From an uncultured Gammaproteobacteria bacterium (GTDB taxonomy: Bacteria; Pseudomonadota; Gammaproteobacteria; SZUA-229), in contig CAJXZZ010000001.1 in NCBI GenBank assembly GCA_913065105.1, positions 15,117-79,116 of the forward strand: 64,000 nt of DNA. The letters are read 5' to 3'. Each line of letters opens with the position of its first letter. The stretch's first letter is position 1. Below the pieces are notes generated by a model. That model was given only the letters and a program-made list of their open reading frames with translations. It was not told the DNA's origin and searched no databases. A program made the translations under genes and the position numbers. This document shows positions 27,140 through 39,314 of the stretch, in pieces.

Positions 27140-27992
27140 GATCTTCTTTTGTTTTTAGTAAATTACTATAGATTATTTTTGTAATCGTCTGTTGCTTATA
27201 AAAAGTATCGCCAATTTTATTAACCGACCTGATACCGAATAGACTGTTGCTGATAAATATCTCTTCCATAGCGAGCAGATCATCAAGACTGATATCAAGC
27301 GTCGATAGCGGTATATTATTTCTATCGGCTGCGTCGATTATCATATCACGCATTATTCCATTAACACCCGATCGACTGAGGTCAGGTGTGTATATTTGAT
27401 TATCTCTTATCGCAAACAGATTACTCATGGTGCCTTCGATAACATGTCTATTAGCATCGAGCATCAGACCATCGATAAAATTATTGTTGGCAGTATCAGG
27501 CCATTCATTTCTTGCCAATACATTTTCCAGTCGATTTAGATGCTTTACTCCGGCAAGGCTCTCGTTGATAGAAACTTGCTGTTTGCATATATATAACTCA
27601 CCCGATATTAACTGCTCTGATAATAGTGACGAATAGTCCGATGTTAACTTCGATAAAAAAACAAGTCGATTTTCGCTTGTCTTTTTTGGCATAACATAAC
27701 CACGTTCGCTGCTACCGCGTGTAAGGATTATTTTTATTGAACAGGCAGCAGGATCTATACTTTCATTTCCCTGTAACAAAGATCTAATGTCGCTGAGAAA
27801 AGTCTGCTCATCAGGACAGTTTAATTTTAATTTACTAGCGGACCTCTGAAGTCGCAGATAGTGCTGGGACCAGTAGAACAACCTATTGTTTTCACATAGT
27901 ATGGTTTCAAATAACCCATCGCCGTAATGAATCGCCCGGTCATTTATAGTTAAGAAGTCGGCCGTTACGCCATTGATCAGAGTTTTAGTCAT
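27123..27992 (-). CDS. pabC: 4-amino-4-deoxychorismate lyase
   Basis: DRA..YGDGLFET, LAG.KHLNRLENVLA, EGTMSNLF, GV.GIMR; synteny with mltG. Confidence 0.93.
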   Translation of the reverse strand: MTKTLINGVTADFLTINDRAIHYGDGLFETILCENNRLFYWSQHYLRLQRSASKLKLNCPDEQTFLSDIRSLLQGNESIDPAACSIKIILTRGSSERGYVMPKKTSENRLVFLSKLTSDYSSLLSEQLISGELYICKQQVSINESLAGVKHLNRLENVLARNEWPDTANNNFIDGLMLDANRHVIEGTMSNLFAIRDNQIYTPDLSRSGVNGIMRDMIIDAADRNNIPLSTLDISLDDLLAMEEIFISNSLFGIRSVNKIGDTFYKQQTITKIIYSNLLKTKEDHVQVI

Positions 27993-29413
27993 CGTTTGAA
28001 AATTTTCAATAGCCCTTTGGCTTTGGCACGTGTTTCTTCCAGCTCTTTTTCTGCAATAGAATCACTTACTATGCCACCGCCTGCTCTAAATGTAATCGTG
28101 TTATTTTCACCCCGTGTATCGCGGACCATGGTACGTATCAGAATATTGAAATCCATACTGCCGTCATTATTGATGTATCCTAACGAACCTGTGTAAGCGC
28201 CCCTGGCATGCTGCTCCATTTCTGCCAGTATTTCGATACAGTGGACTTTGGGACAACCAGTGATGGTGCCACCGGGAAAAACCGAGCGCAGCACATCTAT
28301 CGGAGATTTATCGTCGGCCAGCTCACCGCGCACATTCGATACGATATGATGCACATGCTGCCAGCTTTCTAACACCATTAATTCATCGACTTCTATCGAT
28401 CCTGGACGACATACGCGTCCCAGATCATTACGTTCTAGATCAATCAGCATTATGTGCTCAGCCTGCTCTTTAGGATGAGCCAGTAGTTCTCTGGCTAATG
28501 CATCGTCACTTTGTGGATTACTATCGCGCGGTCTGGTGCCTGCTATCGGTCTTGTCTCAACTATACCGTTTTTCAATGAAATCAGTCGTTCTGGTGACGA
28601 GCTGATGATGGTCATATTTTGTAAACAGGCCAAAGCCGCAAAAGATGAAGGGTTTTGTTTTGATAGAACATCAAATAAAACGGAATCATCAACATGATGT
28701 TTTAATGTTGCTTGCCACTGCCTGGATAAATTAGCCTGAAAAATATCACCGTCGAGAATGTACTGTTTTATTGTCTCAACCTGATCTAGATACGGCTGCG
28801 TGTCATCTTCAACAAGGGTCTCGATTTCTATTTGTACATTTTTCTGTTCTGCTGGTGATCCAACATCACTTTGACTGATGATTTTTAAATAATCCTGCTC
28901 CAGTTCATCAAGTAAATATTCATATTTATCTTCAGCAATGGCAAGCAGTCGATGATTTTTTTTATCAAAAATAATAGCGGCGGGACAGCGTGCCGCGACG
29001 GCAAGTGGTTGGCCATCAGGCAATGTGGGTAATGACAGGCAGGGTTCAATCTCTTCGGCTATCTCGTACGATAGATAAACGAACCAGCCACCGGTAAAAG
29101 GTAAAGTATCCTGATCGATGGATGCAGCTTTTTTGTTATCCTGGTAGAGTTTTTCAAGCGTATTAAAAAATCCTGAAGAAAGGCTAACGTCGTCATCTGT
29201 ACAGCTGAGTGTCTTATCAGAGCTAAGACTGAGAAAGTATTGCGGGCAGGCAATTAAAATATCATATTGCGTATTATTCTGCCTGCTGGCACTGCTTAGC
29301 AATAGATAAGGATAACGTTGTGAATCAAACTGGTTGAATAAACTTAAGTTCGGTATATCAACGCCAGGATGATGCAGATTTTGTGTTGATAGTAGCCGCG
29401 TTTTAAATGACAC
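27989..29413 (-). CDS. pabB: Aminodeoxychorismate synthase component I (PabB/TrpE family)
   Basis: LPFTGGW, GDIFQANLSR, SSPERL, RPIAGT, KEQAEHIMLIDLERNDLG, FPGGTITGCPK; overlaps pabC. Confidence 0.82.
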   Translation of the reverse strand: MSFKTRLLSTQNLHHPGVDIPNLSLFNQFDSQRYPYLLLSSASRQNNTQYDILIACPQYFLSLSSDKTLSCTDDDVSLSSGFFNTLEKLYQDNKKAASIDQDTLPFTGGWFVYLSYEIAEEIEPCLSLPTLPDGQPLAVAARCPAAIIFDKKNHRLLAIAEDKYEYLLDELEQDYLKIISQSDVGSPAEQKNVQIEIETLVEDDTQPYLDQVETIKQYILDGDIFQANLSRQWQATLKHHVDDSVLFDVLSKQNPSSFAALACLQNMTIISSSPERLISLKNGIVETRPIAGTRPRDSNPQSDDALARELLAHPKEQAEHIMLIDLERNDLGRVCRPGSIEVDELMVLESWQHVHHIVSNVRGELADDKSPIDVLRSVFPGGTITGCPKVHCIEILAEMEQHARGAYTGSLGYINNDGSMDFNILIRTMVRDTRGENNTITFRAGGGIVSDSIAEKELEETRAKAKGLLKIFKR

Positions 29414-29477
29414 GGAAGATCTCGACTAGTGTTTAAGAGAACGACGGTTGAAAAAACGGTGATTAATGATCGAGAAT

Positions 29478-30719
29478 TTAATCTAAGCGTTTAAAAATCA
29501 ATGTTCCATTGGTGCCGCCGAAACCAAAGGAGTTGGATAAAGCATAATCAATTTTCATCTGGCGAGCAGTGTTAGGCACATAATCCAGATCACAACCTTC
29601 ACCTGGATTGTCTAAATTGATCGTTGGTGGCGCTACCTGATCTTTTATTGCCATCACAGAGAACACTGCTTCGATACCGCCTGCTGCACCTAATAGATGG
29701 CCTGTCATGGATTTAGTTGAACTTACAGCTACTTTGCTTGCATGCTCACCGAGCGCATTTTTTACTGCATTGGTCTCTGCAACATCACCTGCAGGTGTTG
29801 AGGTGCCATGAGCGTTAACGTAATCGATAGCATCGGCATTGATGCCCGCATCTTTCATTGCCAGTTTCATGCATTTACCCGCACCACTACCATCTTGTAC
29901 AGGCATGGTCATATGATACGCATCGCTGTTGTAACCAAAACCAGCGACCTCAGCATAGATTTTGGCACCACGGGCTTTGGCATGTTCATACTCTTCTAAG
30001 ACGAGAACACCGGCACCATCACCTAATACAAAACCATCTCGGTCTTTATCCCAGGGACGACTGGCAGCAGCAGGATCGTCGTTGCGAGTTGATAGTGCGC
30101 GTGCAGCAGCAAAACCGGCAATACCTAATGGTGATGACGCCATTTCAGCACCGCCAGCAAACATCACGTCAGCATCGCCGTAAGCGATAATCCTGGCAGA
30201 CTCACCAATGCTGTGTGTGCCGGTAGAACAAGCGGTAACGATGGCGATATTAGGACCTTTCGCACCGTAACGGATAGAGAAGTTACCAGAAATCATATTG
30301 ATGATTGAACCGGGGACAAAAAACGGAGAGATTTTACGTGGTCCACCGCTGTTCAGCTTCTCATTGTTGACTTCGATCATCGGCAGACCACCGATGCCAG
30401 AGCCAATGGCAACACCAATTCTTTCAGCATTCTCTTCGGTGATTTCGAGCCCGGAATCTTTTAAGGCCTCATCAGCTGCAAAAAGACCATAATGGATAAA
30501 GGTATCCATTTTTTTAAGATCTTTTGCCGGAATAACTGACGTGGCGTCAAAGTCTTTTACTGTGGCTGCTATTTTTGCCGAGAAATCGGTGGTGTCAAAT
30601 TTATCAATCGCAATAACACCGCTTTTACCAGCAGTGATACTGTCCCACGCTTGTTTTAGATTATTACCAACTGGCGATACGATACCTAGACCAGTTACAA
30701 CAACGCGACGATGTGACAA
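29478..30719 (-). CDS. fabF: 3-oxoacyl-ACP synthase II
   Basis: [43 protein letters not shown]. Confidence 0.96.
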   Translation of the reverse strand: MSHRRVVVTGLGIVSPVGNNLKQAWDSITAGKSGVIAIDKFDTTDFSAKIAATVKDFDATSVIPAKDLKKMDTFIHYGLFAADEALKDSGLEITEENAERIGVAIGSGIGGLPMIEVNNEKLNSGGPRKISPFFVPGSIINMISGNFSIRYGAKGPNIAIVTACSTGTHSIGESARIIAYGDADVMFAGGAEMASSPLGIAGFAAARALSTRNDDPAAASRPWDKDRDGFVLGDGAGVLVLEEYEHAKARGAKIYAEVAGFGYNSDAYHMTMPVQDGSGAGKCMKLAMKDAGINADAIDYVNAHGTSTPAGDVAETNAVKNALGEHASKVAVSSTKSMTGHLLGAAGGIEAVFSVMAIKDQVAPPTINLDNPGEGCDLDYVPNTARQMKIDYALSNSFGFGGTNGTLIFKRLD

Positions 30720-30786
30720 ATTAAGCCTCTTTGATAATTAAGAGAAATCACGATGATTAATCATGATTTTTAGTTTTAACACTTAA

Positions 30787-30818
30787 AACGGCAACTGTAC
30801 GAATGTAAAGTTGCCGTT
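30787..30818 (-). terminator. Stem-loop/terminator after acpP
   Basis: AACGGCAACT / AGTTGCCGTT 10-bp inverted repeat, ending in TTTT on the minus strand. Confidence 0.6.
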
Positions 30819-30863
30819 AGGAAGTCTCTGATCACGCCGTGTTCAGAGCCTCTTATGAGCTAT

Positions 30864-31100
30864 TTAGCTTGAGTGTGCGTTTACGTAGTCAATTGCTTGC
30901 TGAATGGTTGTAATGTTTTCAGCTTCTTCGTCAGGAATTTCACACTCGAACTCTTCTTCCAGAGCCATAACCAATTCTACTGTGTCCAGTGAATCTGCAC
31001 CTAAGTCGTCAACAAATGATGCTTCATTTGTTGCCTGTTCTTCAGTTGCACCTAATTGTTCAATGACAATTTTACGAACGCGTTCTTCAGCTGTGCTCAT
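30864..31100 (-). CDS. acpP: Acyl carrier protein
   Basis: [20 protein letters not shown]; 78 aa. Confidence 0.98.
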   Translation of the reverse strand: MSTAEERVRKIVIEQLGATEEQATNEASFVDDLGADSLDTVELVMALEEEFECEIPDEEAENITTIQQAIDYVNAHSS

Positions 31101-31350
31101 CTATTTTTCCTCTAGTTTTGGTCCAAATGACCAATATGAAAATCTGTTTAATATAGGTATTTCGAGTTGCGCGGTATTCTAGTGAATTCGAGCGGTAGTT
31201 ACCAGTTAAATTCTACAAATAATGTTCGCATTACATTAATATCATTATACCTATACTTAACAGTAAGTTAGTTGCATTATCTAATGTAAATTATTATTTA
31301 ATATGCCGATTTATATTAAAAATAGTTGGCTATTTTAGTCCATAACCCGT

Positions 31351-32094
31351 CTATGGCATATACATTCCACCATTTACATTGATCGTCTCGCCGGTAATAT
31401 AAGCTGCTGCCGGACTTGCCAGGAAAGCAACAGCGGCTGCAATATCAGCTGGATCCCCTAAACGGTTTAGCGGAATTTGATCGATCAATGTTTTTCTTTG
31501 TTCTTCTGGCAACTCTTTTGTCATGTCGGTATCAATAAACCCGGGAGCAACACAGTTTACAGTGACATTCCTCGAGCCTATTTCACGTGCTAATGATTTG
31601 GTAAAACCTAACATGCCCGCTTTTGTTGCGGAGTAATTCGTTTGACCCGGATTACCGGTTAAACCGACTACCGATGATATGTTTATGATCCGGCCTTTTC
31701 TGGCTTTCATCATGCTGCGTACGACCGCTTTCGACAGGCGGTAGATCGACGTTAAATTCGTGTTGATGATGTCATCCCATTGATCTTCTTTCATCATCAT
31801 CAATAGATTATCTTTAGTGATGCCAGCATTGTTGACCAGTATGGATACAGCGCCAAACTCTTCGCTAATAGCTTTCATTACTGCTGCGATAGAATCCGCA
31901 TCCGTTACATTCAAACACATGCCTTTACCACCAATGTCAGATAAATAAGCACTTATATTATCTGCACCCGTGTCTGAAGTTGCCGTACCGATTACGGTTG
32001 CACCCATTGAAGCCAGCTGCTCAGCAATGGCCTTTCCGATACCGCGACTTGCACCAGTAACCAGTGCGATTTCACCTTCTAATTCTTTACTCAT
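31351..32094 (-). CDS. fabG: 3-oxoacyl-ACP reductase
   Basis: TGASRGIG, NNAGIT.DN, Y...K (YSATK), PGFIDTDMT. Confidence 0.96.
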   Translation of the reverse strand: MSKELEGEIALVTGASRGIGKAIAEQLASMGATVIGTATSDTGADNISAYLSDIGGKGMCLNVTDADSIAAVMKAISEEFGAVSILVNNAGITKDNLLMMMKEDQWDDIINTNLTSIYRLSKAVVRSMMKARKGRIINISSVVGLTGNPGQTNYSATKAGMLGFTKSLAREIGSRNVTVNCVAPGFIDTDMTKELPEEQRKTLIDQIPLNRLGDPADIAAAVAFLASPAAAYITGETINVNGGMYMP

Positions 32095-32137
32095 TTTATT
32101 AAAAAACCTTGTTATAAGTTAATTATTTAACTCTGGT

Positions 32138-33088
32138 TCACTCAACAGACATTGAGTCCAGGAATTTTTGCATAGATGCCATTGAATCCAGCGAATAACT
32201 TTTTACTTCTTTGTTTATCCGACGTGTCAGACCTCCTAATACTTTACCCGGTCCACATTCGACTACTACGTCAGCACCATCACTGATAATCTGTACCGTA
32301 TGAGTCCATTGCACCGGGTTGTACAATTGTTTAACCAGCGCTTCACGTATGGCATCAGGGGCATCATGTGATTTTGCGTCTACGTTATGTATCACCTGAA
32401 TCTTAGGTGTTTTGATTGTGACACCTTTGAGATATTCAGCCAGCTCATCCGCTGCCGGTTTCATTAATGAACTGTGTGAAGGTACGCTTACAGGTAACGG
32501 TAATGCGCGTTTTGCACCTTCTTCTTTTAACAGCTCCATCGCCTTGTTGACAGCATCCGTCGCACCGGCAATAACGACCTGTCCAGGTGAGTTGAAGTTG
32601 ACTGCTTCTACCGGAGAACCGGTATCACTGCTTACCTGCTCACAGATCTTAATGATAGCCTCATCATTTAAACCGATGATAGCTGCCATCGCACCCTCGC
32701 CTTCAGGTACCGCAGCCTGCATCAGCTGACCACGCTTAGACACCAGTTTAATGGCGTCCTCAAAGTCCAGTGCCTCTGCGGCAACCAATGCTGCATATTC
32801 ACCCAGACTATGACCGGCAAATACCATTGGCGTCAACATGCATTGCTGCGCCATAACACGCATAACCGCAATGTCCGCAGCCAGCATGATCGGTTGTGTT
32901 ATTTCGGTTTTATTAATTTTTTCTACAGGACCGTTGCAGACGATATCCCAGCAGTCATAACCTAATATATCGGATGCCTGCTTAAAGGTTTCTTCGATCT
33001 GCGGCCATATCTCTGCGTAATCAGCCAGCATACCAATTGACTGCGACCCCTGACCAGGGAAGATAACAACAATATTCATTCCGTCCAT
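32138..33088 (-). CDS. fabD: Malonyl-CoA:ACP transacylase
   Basis: FPGQGSQ, TQP, GHSLGEY, RG.LMQ, VSVPSH, ECGPGKVL. Confidence 0.96.
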   Translation of the reverse strand: MDGMNIVVIFPGQGSQSIGMLADYAEIWPQIEETFKQASDILGYDCWDIVCNGPVEKINKTEITQPIMLAADIAVMRVMAQQCMLTPMVFAGHSLGEYAALVAAEALDFEDAIKLVSKRGQLMQAAVPEGEGAMAAIIGLNDEAIIKICEQVSSDTGSPVEAVNFNSPGQVVIAGATDAVNKAMELLKEEGAKRALPLPVSVPSHSSLMKPAADELAEYLKGVTIKTPKIQVIHNVDAKSHDAPDAIREALVKQLYNPVQWTHTVQIISDGADVVVECGPGKVLGGLTRRINKEVKSYSLDSMASMQKFLDSMSVE

Positions 33089-33149
33089 TTATTTACCTTA
33101 TTCATTTTAATGGAGATTTTTATTTTAATTATTAGAACGTTTAATAATA

Positions 33150-33953
<804 letters not shown>

Positions 33954-34023
33954 CTATGACCCCAAGGCTTTTTATTATTTTTGTAGTTTGCCATTATATA
34001 ACTTTGAACAAAACAAATATTTT

Positions 34024-34122
34024 ACCGCAGAGGCGCAGAGACGCTGAGGAAACAAATCTTGATCATTTATTGCGCCGTAGGCGCAACTAGTAAAAAACTC
34101 TGCGTCTCCGCGCCTCTGCGGT
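34024..34122. repeat. REP/REPIN-like palindrome, CCGCAGAG family, copy 1
   Basis: 25-bp inverted arms with 2 mismatches (ACCGCAGAGGCGCAGAGACGCTGAG / CTCTGCGTCTCCGCGCCTCTGCGGT); internal TTGCGCC-GTA-GGCGCAA hairpin. Confidence 0.85.
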
Positions 34123-34133
34123 GAATAATTCTT

Positions 34134-35258
34134 TTACGCTTTCAACTCATCAAAGAATTTTTTCATACGGTCACCCCAGGACGCATTTTGCGGACTATGT
34201 TGTTTGCCATCCTGCTGAATTGATTTTTCAAATTCTTTGAGCAAATCTTTCTGTTTATTGCTTAATTTTACCGGTGTTTCGACATTGACCCGGCATAACA
34301 GATCGCCGGTCGCGCCACCTCTAACTGGTTTAACGCCTTTACCACGCATACGGAAAGATTTGCCCGTCTGTGTTTCTGCAGGGATTTTCAGTCGAAGCTT
34401 GCCATTGAGTGTTGGTACTTCAATTTCACCACCTAATGCTGCAGTGCCCAGAGATATCGGCATTTCACAGAACAGATCATTATCATCACGGCTGAAAATG
34501 GCATGTGGTTTAACGTGCATCTGAACGTATAAATCGCCATTTTGTGCGCCTTGCTCACCCGCCTCGCCTTCATTTGCGAGACGAATTCTATCGCCGGTAT
34601 CAACACCTGCAGGCACTTTGACGGAGAGTGTTTTCTGTTCCTGTTTACGACCCTGTCCATGACAGTCATTGCATGGGTCAGAGATCATCTTACCTTTACC
34701 TCGACATTGCGGACAGGTTTGCTGTACTGCGAAAAAACCCTGTTGCATACGAACCTGACCTGCACCACCACAGGTTGTACAGGTTGTCGCTGATGTGCCT
34801 TTTTTTGCACCACTGCCAGAACATGTCTTACAGCCGACCAAAGTAGGCACACGAATTTTGACCTCGGTACCAAAAACCGCGTCTTCTAGAGATAATTCAA
34901 GATTATATTGAAGATCAGAACCACGTTGTACACGCTGACTACGACGACCACCACCAAAAATATCACCAAAAACGTCACCGAAAGCATCTTCAAATCCACC
35001 GCCACCGCCTGACTGACCTCGCATTGATGGATCAACGCCTGCATGTCCGTACTGGTCATAAGCAGCACGTTTATTGGCATCAGAAAGTATCTCGTAGGCT
35101 TCTTTAGCTTCTTTAAATTTTTCTTCTGCCTCTTCCGAATCATCGGTATTACGATCTGGATGATGTTTCATCGCAAGACGGCGATACGCCTTTTTTAAGT
35201 CGGCATCGCTAGCATCGCGGGATGCACCTAATGTTTCGTAATAATCTTTTTTTGACAT
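34134..35258 (-). CDS. dnaJ: Chaperone DnaJ
   Basis: J-domain HPD, G/F region, four CxxCxGxG zinc fingers. Confidence 0.98.
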   Translation of the reverse strand: MSKKDYYETLGASRDASDADLKKAYRRLAMKHHPDRNTDDSEEAEEKFKEAKEAYEILSDANKRAAYDQYGHAGVDPSMRGQSGGGGGFEDAFGDVFGDIFGGGRRSQRVQRGSDLQYNLELSLEDAVFGTEVKIRVPTLVGCKTCSGSGAKKGTSATTCTTCGGAGQVRMQQGFFAVQQTCPQCRGKGKMISDPCNDCHGQGRKQEQKTLSVKVPAGVDTGDRIRLANEGEAGEQGAQNGDLYVQMHVKPHAIFSRDDNDLFCEMPISLGTAALGGEIEVPTLNGKLRLKIPAETQTGKSFRMRGKGVKPVRGGATGDLLCRVNVETPVKLSNKQKDLLKEFEKSIQQDGKQHSPQNASWGDRMKKFFDELKA

Positions 35259-35298
35259 AATTTTTATTCGTAAATACGTATTAAACTAAAAACCAAAC

Positions 35299-35374
35299 AA
35301 CCGCAGGGGCGCGGAAGCATAGAAGAAAATGAATAAAACTTTTTCATCTGCTATGCCTCCGCACCCCTGCGGTT
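35299..35374. repeat. REP/REPIN-like palindrome, CCGCAG family, copy 2
   Basis: 24-bp inverted arms with 2 mismatches (AACCGCAGGGGCGCGGAAGCATAG / CTATGCCTCCGCACCCCTGCGGTT), between dnaK and dnaJ. Confidence 0.8.
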
Positions 35375-35385
35375 AACTTGTTATG

Positions 35386-37302
35386 TTATTTGTCGTCTTT
35401 GCTTTCTTTAACTTCTTCAAATTCAGCATCGACTACATCGTCATCAGCCGCCGCTTCACCTTCGGCAGCTGGCTCACCGGCCTGCGCCTGTTCTGCATAA
35501 GCTTTTTCAGCAATCTTGCCAGCAACTTCGCTTAAAGCTTCTGTTTTTGCTTCGATGACTTCTTTATCATCACCGTCCAATGCGGCTTTTAATTCAGAGA
35601 TAGCCGTTTCAGCCGCCGCTTTTTCATCAGCTTCTACTTTATCACCAAGATCTTTAATAGACTTTTCAGTCGCATGGATCATGTTTTCAGCTGTATTTTT
35701 TGCGGTAACTAATGCATGTGCCTGTTTATCTTCATCAGCATGGGCTTCAGCATCTTTAATCATCTGATCGACTTCTTCATCAGACAGACCGCTTGATGCT
35801 TTGATCACGATAGACTGCTCTTTACCCGTCGCTTTGTCTTTTGCTGATACGTTCAGGATACCGTTGGCATCGATATCAAAAGCCACTTCGATCTGTGGCA
35901 CACCGCGTGGTGCAGGTGGAATATCACTTAAGTCGAAACGACCTAAGGATTTATTACCGGTAGCCATCTCACGTTCACCCTGTAATACGTGAACAGTCAC
36001 TGCGCCTTGATTGTCATCTGCAGTTGAGAATACCTGTGATGCCTTAGTCGGAATCGTGGTGTTTTTCTCAACCAGTTTAGTCATTACACCACCCATGGTT
36101 TCGATACCCAGAGATAGAGGTGTTACGTCTAATAATAAGATGTCGTTAACATCGCCGCCTAGTACACCACCTTGAATCGCTGCGCCCATGGCAACCGCTT
36201 CATCAGGGTTTACGTCTTTACGAGGCTCTTTACCGAAGAAAGCCTGTACTTCTTCCTGCACCTTAGGCATACGTGATTGACCACCGACAAGGATAACGTC
36301 GTCGATGTCGCTAAGCGATAAACCAGAATCTTTAAGTGCTTGTTTACAAGGTTCGATAGTGCGAGCGATTAACTCATCAACCAGGCTTTCCAGTTTGGCG
36401 CGAGTCAATTTGATGTTTAAATGTTTTGGTCCAGACGCATCAGCAGTAATGTAAGGCAGATTAACGTCTGTTGACTGTGTTGAAGACAACTCGATCTTGG
36501 CTTTTTCTGCTGCTTCTTTTAAGCGCTGCAGTGCTAATGGATCGTTGTGTAAATCAAAACCGTTATCTTTCTTGAATTCATCAGCCAGATAATCGATCAG
36601 ACGTGTATCAAAGTCTTCTCCACCAAGGAAGGTATCACCATTAGTCGCCAGTACCTCAAATTGATGTTCACCGTCGATCTCAGCAATCTCGATGATAGAT
36701 ACGTCAAAAGTACCACCACCCAGGTCATAAACAACAATCTTGGAATCGCCGCGGTTTTTGTCCATGCCGTAAGCAAGGGCTGCCGCTGTGGGCTCATTGA
36801 TAATACGTTTTACATCGAGACCGGCGATACGGCCAGCGTCTTTTGTTGCCTGACGCTGTGAGTCATTAAAATAAGCAGGTACCGTAATAACGGCTTCTGT
36901 CACTTCATGACCGAGATATTCTTCTGCAGTACGTTTCATTTTTTGCAGGATACGCGCTGAAACTTCAGGCGCCGCCATCTTGTTGCCTTTAGCTTCTACC
37001 CAGGCATCACCGTTATCAGCTTTAACAATATTGTAGGGAACAAGCTTGATGTCACGCTGAACAACTTCTTCATCAAAACGACGGCCGATCAAACGTTTAA
37101 CCGCGAAAATGGTATCTTTTGGATTAGTTACTGACTGGCGTTTAGCAGGTGAACCTACAACCACTTCATCATCTGTGTAAGCGACAACAGAAGGCGTGGT
37201 ACGCTCGCCTTCACTATTTTCAAGAACCTTCACTGAACCACCGTCCATGACAGCGACACAAGAGTTGGTTGTACCTAAATCTATACCTATAATTTTAGCC
37301 AT
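35386..37302 (-). CDS. dnaK: Chaperone DnaK (Hsp70)
   Basis: [47 protein letters not shown]. Confidence 0.99.
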   Translation of the reverse strand: MAKIIGIDLGTTNSCVAVMDGGSVKVLENSEGERTTPSVVAYTDDEVVVGSPAKRQSVTNPKDTIFAVKRLIGRRFDEEVVQRDIKLVPYNIVKADNGDAWVEAKGNKMAAPEVSARILQKMKRTAEEYLGHEVTEAVITVPAYFNDSQRQATKDAGRIAGLDVKRIINEPTAAALAYGMDKNRGDSKIVVYDLGGGTFDVSIIEIAEIDGEHQFEVLATNGDTFLGGEDFDTRLIDYLADEFKKDNGFDLHNDPLALQRLKEAAEKAKIELSSTQSTDVNLPYITADASGPKHLNIKLTRAKLESLVDELIARTIEPCKQALKDSGLSLSDIDDVILVGGQSRMPKVQEEVQAFFGKEPRKDVNPDEAVAMGAAIQGGVLGGDVNDILLLDVTPLSLGIETMGGVMTKLVEKNTTIPTKASQVFSTADDNQGAVTVHVLQGEREMATGNKSLGRFDLSDIPPAPRGVPQIEVAFDIDANGILNVSAKDKATGKEQSIVIKASSGLSDEEVDQMIKDAEAHADEDKQAHALVTAKNTAENMIHATEKSIKDLGDKVEADEKAAAETAISELKAALDGDDKEVIEAKTEALSEVAGKIAEKAYAEQAQAGEPAAEGEAAADDDVVDAEFEEVKESKDDK

Positions 37303-37377
37303 TGCTGGTCTCCGATATTTTAGTTTTGCCGGCTTAACCCTGTTAAGTATTGGCAGTAATATTTGTTGTTAGTGTCT

Positions 37378-37405
37378 ATATGGGGCTGCTTTTATTAAAA
37401 CCAAG
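37378..37405 (-). promoter_or_regulatory. Sigma32 (RpoH)-type promoter upstream of dnaK
   Basis: Minus strand CTTGGTT-13 bp-CCCCATAT versus consensus CTTGAAA-N13/14-CCCCATNT. Confidence 0.7.
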
Positions 37406-37451
37406 CGATAAATCAGCCAATTACTTAATAAAATTGATGTTTTTAGTTTTT

Positions 37452-38039
37452 TTACTCAACTGCCTTGGAAACGATTACCATCGCAGGGCGAATTAAGCGC
37501 TCATTAAGTGAATACCCCTTCTGCATCACCGCTAACACCGTGTTTGGCTCAACCTCGTCGCTGGGTTGCATGGTCATGGCCTGATGTCTGGCCGCATCAA
37601 ATTTTTCGTTAAGCGGATCGATCTCTTCGATACCCAGTTTCTCCAGCATCTTCCCCAGCATGTTCATTGTTAATTCCATGCCTTCACGCAGACTTTCAGC
37701 ACTGGCATCTTCAACGGTAAGACCCAATACCATACTATCTACCACGGGTAGCAGCTCGTTAACGAATTTTTCGATACCGAATTTATGTGCGTTTTCCAGA
37801 TCTTTGACGTTACGGCGGCGCAGGTTATCCATTTCTGCTTTGGTACGGATAAACTGGTCCCAGTTTTCACTGGCTTTTGCCTGTGCTTGCTCTAGCTGTG
37901 CTTCAAGGCTGTCTGCATTCTTTTCCGGGGATTCCAGTTTTTCTTCATTCTTATGTGCATCTTCAAGCTTCGCCTCATCTTTGTGCGAATCTTCCAGTTG
38001 TTCATGTACTTCATTTTGATCTTGTTTTTTAGCAGGCAT
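37452..38039 (-). CDS. grpE: Nucleotide exchange factor GrpE
   Basis: R..AEMDNLRRR, LLPVVDS, FD...HQAM, MQKGY.LN.RLIRPAMV.V. Confidence 0.96.
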   Translation of the reverse strand: MPAKKQDQNEVHEQLEDSHKDEAKLEDAHKNEEKLESPEKNADSLEAQLEQAQAKASENWDQFIRTKAEMDNLRRRNVKDLENAHKFGIEKFVNELLPVVDSMVLGLTVEDASAESLREGMELTMNMLGKMLEKLGIEEIDPLNEKFDAARHQAMTMQPSDEVEPNTVLAVMQKGYSLNERLIRPAMVIVSKAVE

Positions 38040-38096
38040 GTTGTATCTCGTCTTGTTTTATCTGTATGAAAAATGAAATTAATTACTTGCTGTTTT

Positions 38097-38124
38097 GTAT
38101 GGTGCTGATTTGCTTTTTTTCAAG
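38097..38124 (-). promoter_or_regulatory. Sigma32 (RpoH)-type promoter upstream of grpE
   Basis: Minus strand CTTGAAA-13 bp-CACCATAC. Confidence 0.7.
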
Positions 38125-38159
38125 AGTGCAGCGAGATTTTTTAACAAAATTTTTTCTCT

Positions 38160-39200
38160 TTATGGGTTTAGAGCATTGCCTAATAAGCGCGCTGTCATAT
38201 CAACAACGGGAATAACCCGATCATAATTCATCCGTGCAGGACCAATAACACCTAATACACCTATCGGTTTACCTGCGACTGAATAAGGCGCCGTGATAAC
38301 ACTGCAGTCACCGAAGCCTGCAAACCCAGCCTCATGACCAATAAATATTTTTACACCTTCATTGTGTACGCAGCGATCAAATAACCCAAGGATTTCCTGT
38401 TTTCTATCAAAAATTTCAAATAGATGCTGCATTTGTTCACGATCGGTATTATCGTTATATCGGAGCAGGTTTTTTTCTCCCTGTACGATGAATTCGGGTT
38501 TGCTTGTCTCATCTTTCGACAGCGCTTTATTGGCGACTTCGACGGCTGTTCTCATCACGTTATCTACATCCTGGCGAGTACGGTCAAGATCTTTCAACAG
38601 ACTCTCTCTTATCTGATCAACATCCTGCCCGGTAAACTGCTGATTAAGGTAATTGGCGGCATGCTGTAGTTCATCTGCGCTGTATTCCCTATTGAGATGC
38701 AGCACCTTGTTGTGTACATCTTTTTCATTGGTCACCATGATGGCCAGGATGCGCTTTTCGGGTAAGGGTAAAAACTCTATGTGGCGTAATTTTGCGTGAT
38801 CTTGTTTAGGCACACTCACGATGCCCGCCATCTGGGTCATTTCAGACACCAGTTGAGATGCCTCACTGACCAGATCATCCATATCTTTATCGGGATCAAG
38901 TTGCTGCTGTAACTGACTGACTAACCTGGTATCAATCGGCTGAATCTCGAGCAGACTATCAACGAACAGGCGTAAGCCTTGCTCTGTTGGGATACGTCCT
39001 GATGAAGTATGCGGTGCGACGATGAGTCCATTTTTTTCCAGCCCGGACATCACATTTCGGATAGTTGCAGAGCTGATATCAAGCCCGGCATCTTGAGCCA
39101 GTTGCCGTGAACCCACAGGCTGGCCATCATGAATGTAACTGGCGACTAATTGTTTGAGCAAAATAGCAGCGCGATCGTTAAGTATGTGTGGTTTATTCAA
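38160..39200 (-). CDS. hrcA: Heat-inducible transcription repressor HrcA
   Basis: YI.DGQPVGSR, SSATIRNVM, PHTSSGRIPT..G.R.FVD, GVLGVIGP.RM.Y; TTG start uncertain. Confidence 0.96.
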   Translation of the reverse strand: MNKPHILNDRAAILLKQLVASYIHDGQPVGSRQLAQDAGLDISSATIRNVMSGLEKNGLIVAPHTSSGRIPTEQGLRLFVDSLLEIQPIDTRLVSQLQQQLDPDKDMDDLVSEASQLVSEMTQMAGIVSVPKQDHAKLRHIEFLPLPEKRILAIMVTNEKDVHNKVLHLNREYSADELQHAANYLNQQFTGQDVDQIRESLLKDLDRTRQDVDNVMRTAVEVANKALSKDETSKPEFIVQGEKNLLRYNDNTDREQMQHLFEIFDRKQEILGLFDRCVHNEGVKIFIGHEAGFAGFGDCSVITAPYSVAGKPIGVLGVIGPARMNYDRVIPVVDMTARLLGNALNP

Positions 39201-39229
39201 TGTATCGGTATGTATCTAGTTGTTAATGC

Positions 39230-39256
39230 TTAGCACTCTATGGGCATGAGTGCTAA
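39230..39256. promoter_or_regulatory. CIRCE operator (HrcA binding site)
   Basis: TTAGCACTC-TATGGGCAT-GAGTGCTAA, an exact TTAGCACTC-N9-GAGTGCTAA about 30 bp upstream of hrcA. Confidence 0.95.
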
Positions 39257-39314
39257 AAACAAGAATTATGGTTGTAAATAGTTAGCTGGTCAAGAAAAAC
39301 AAAATATTGTCTTA

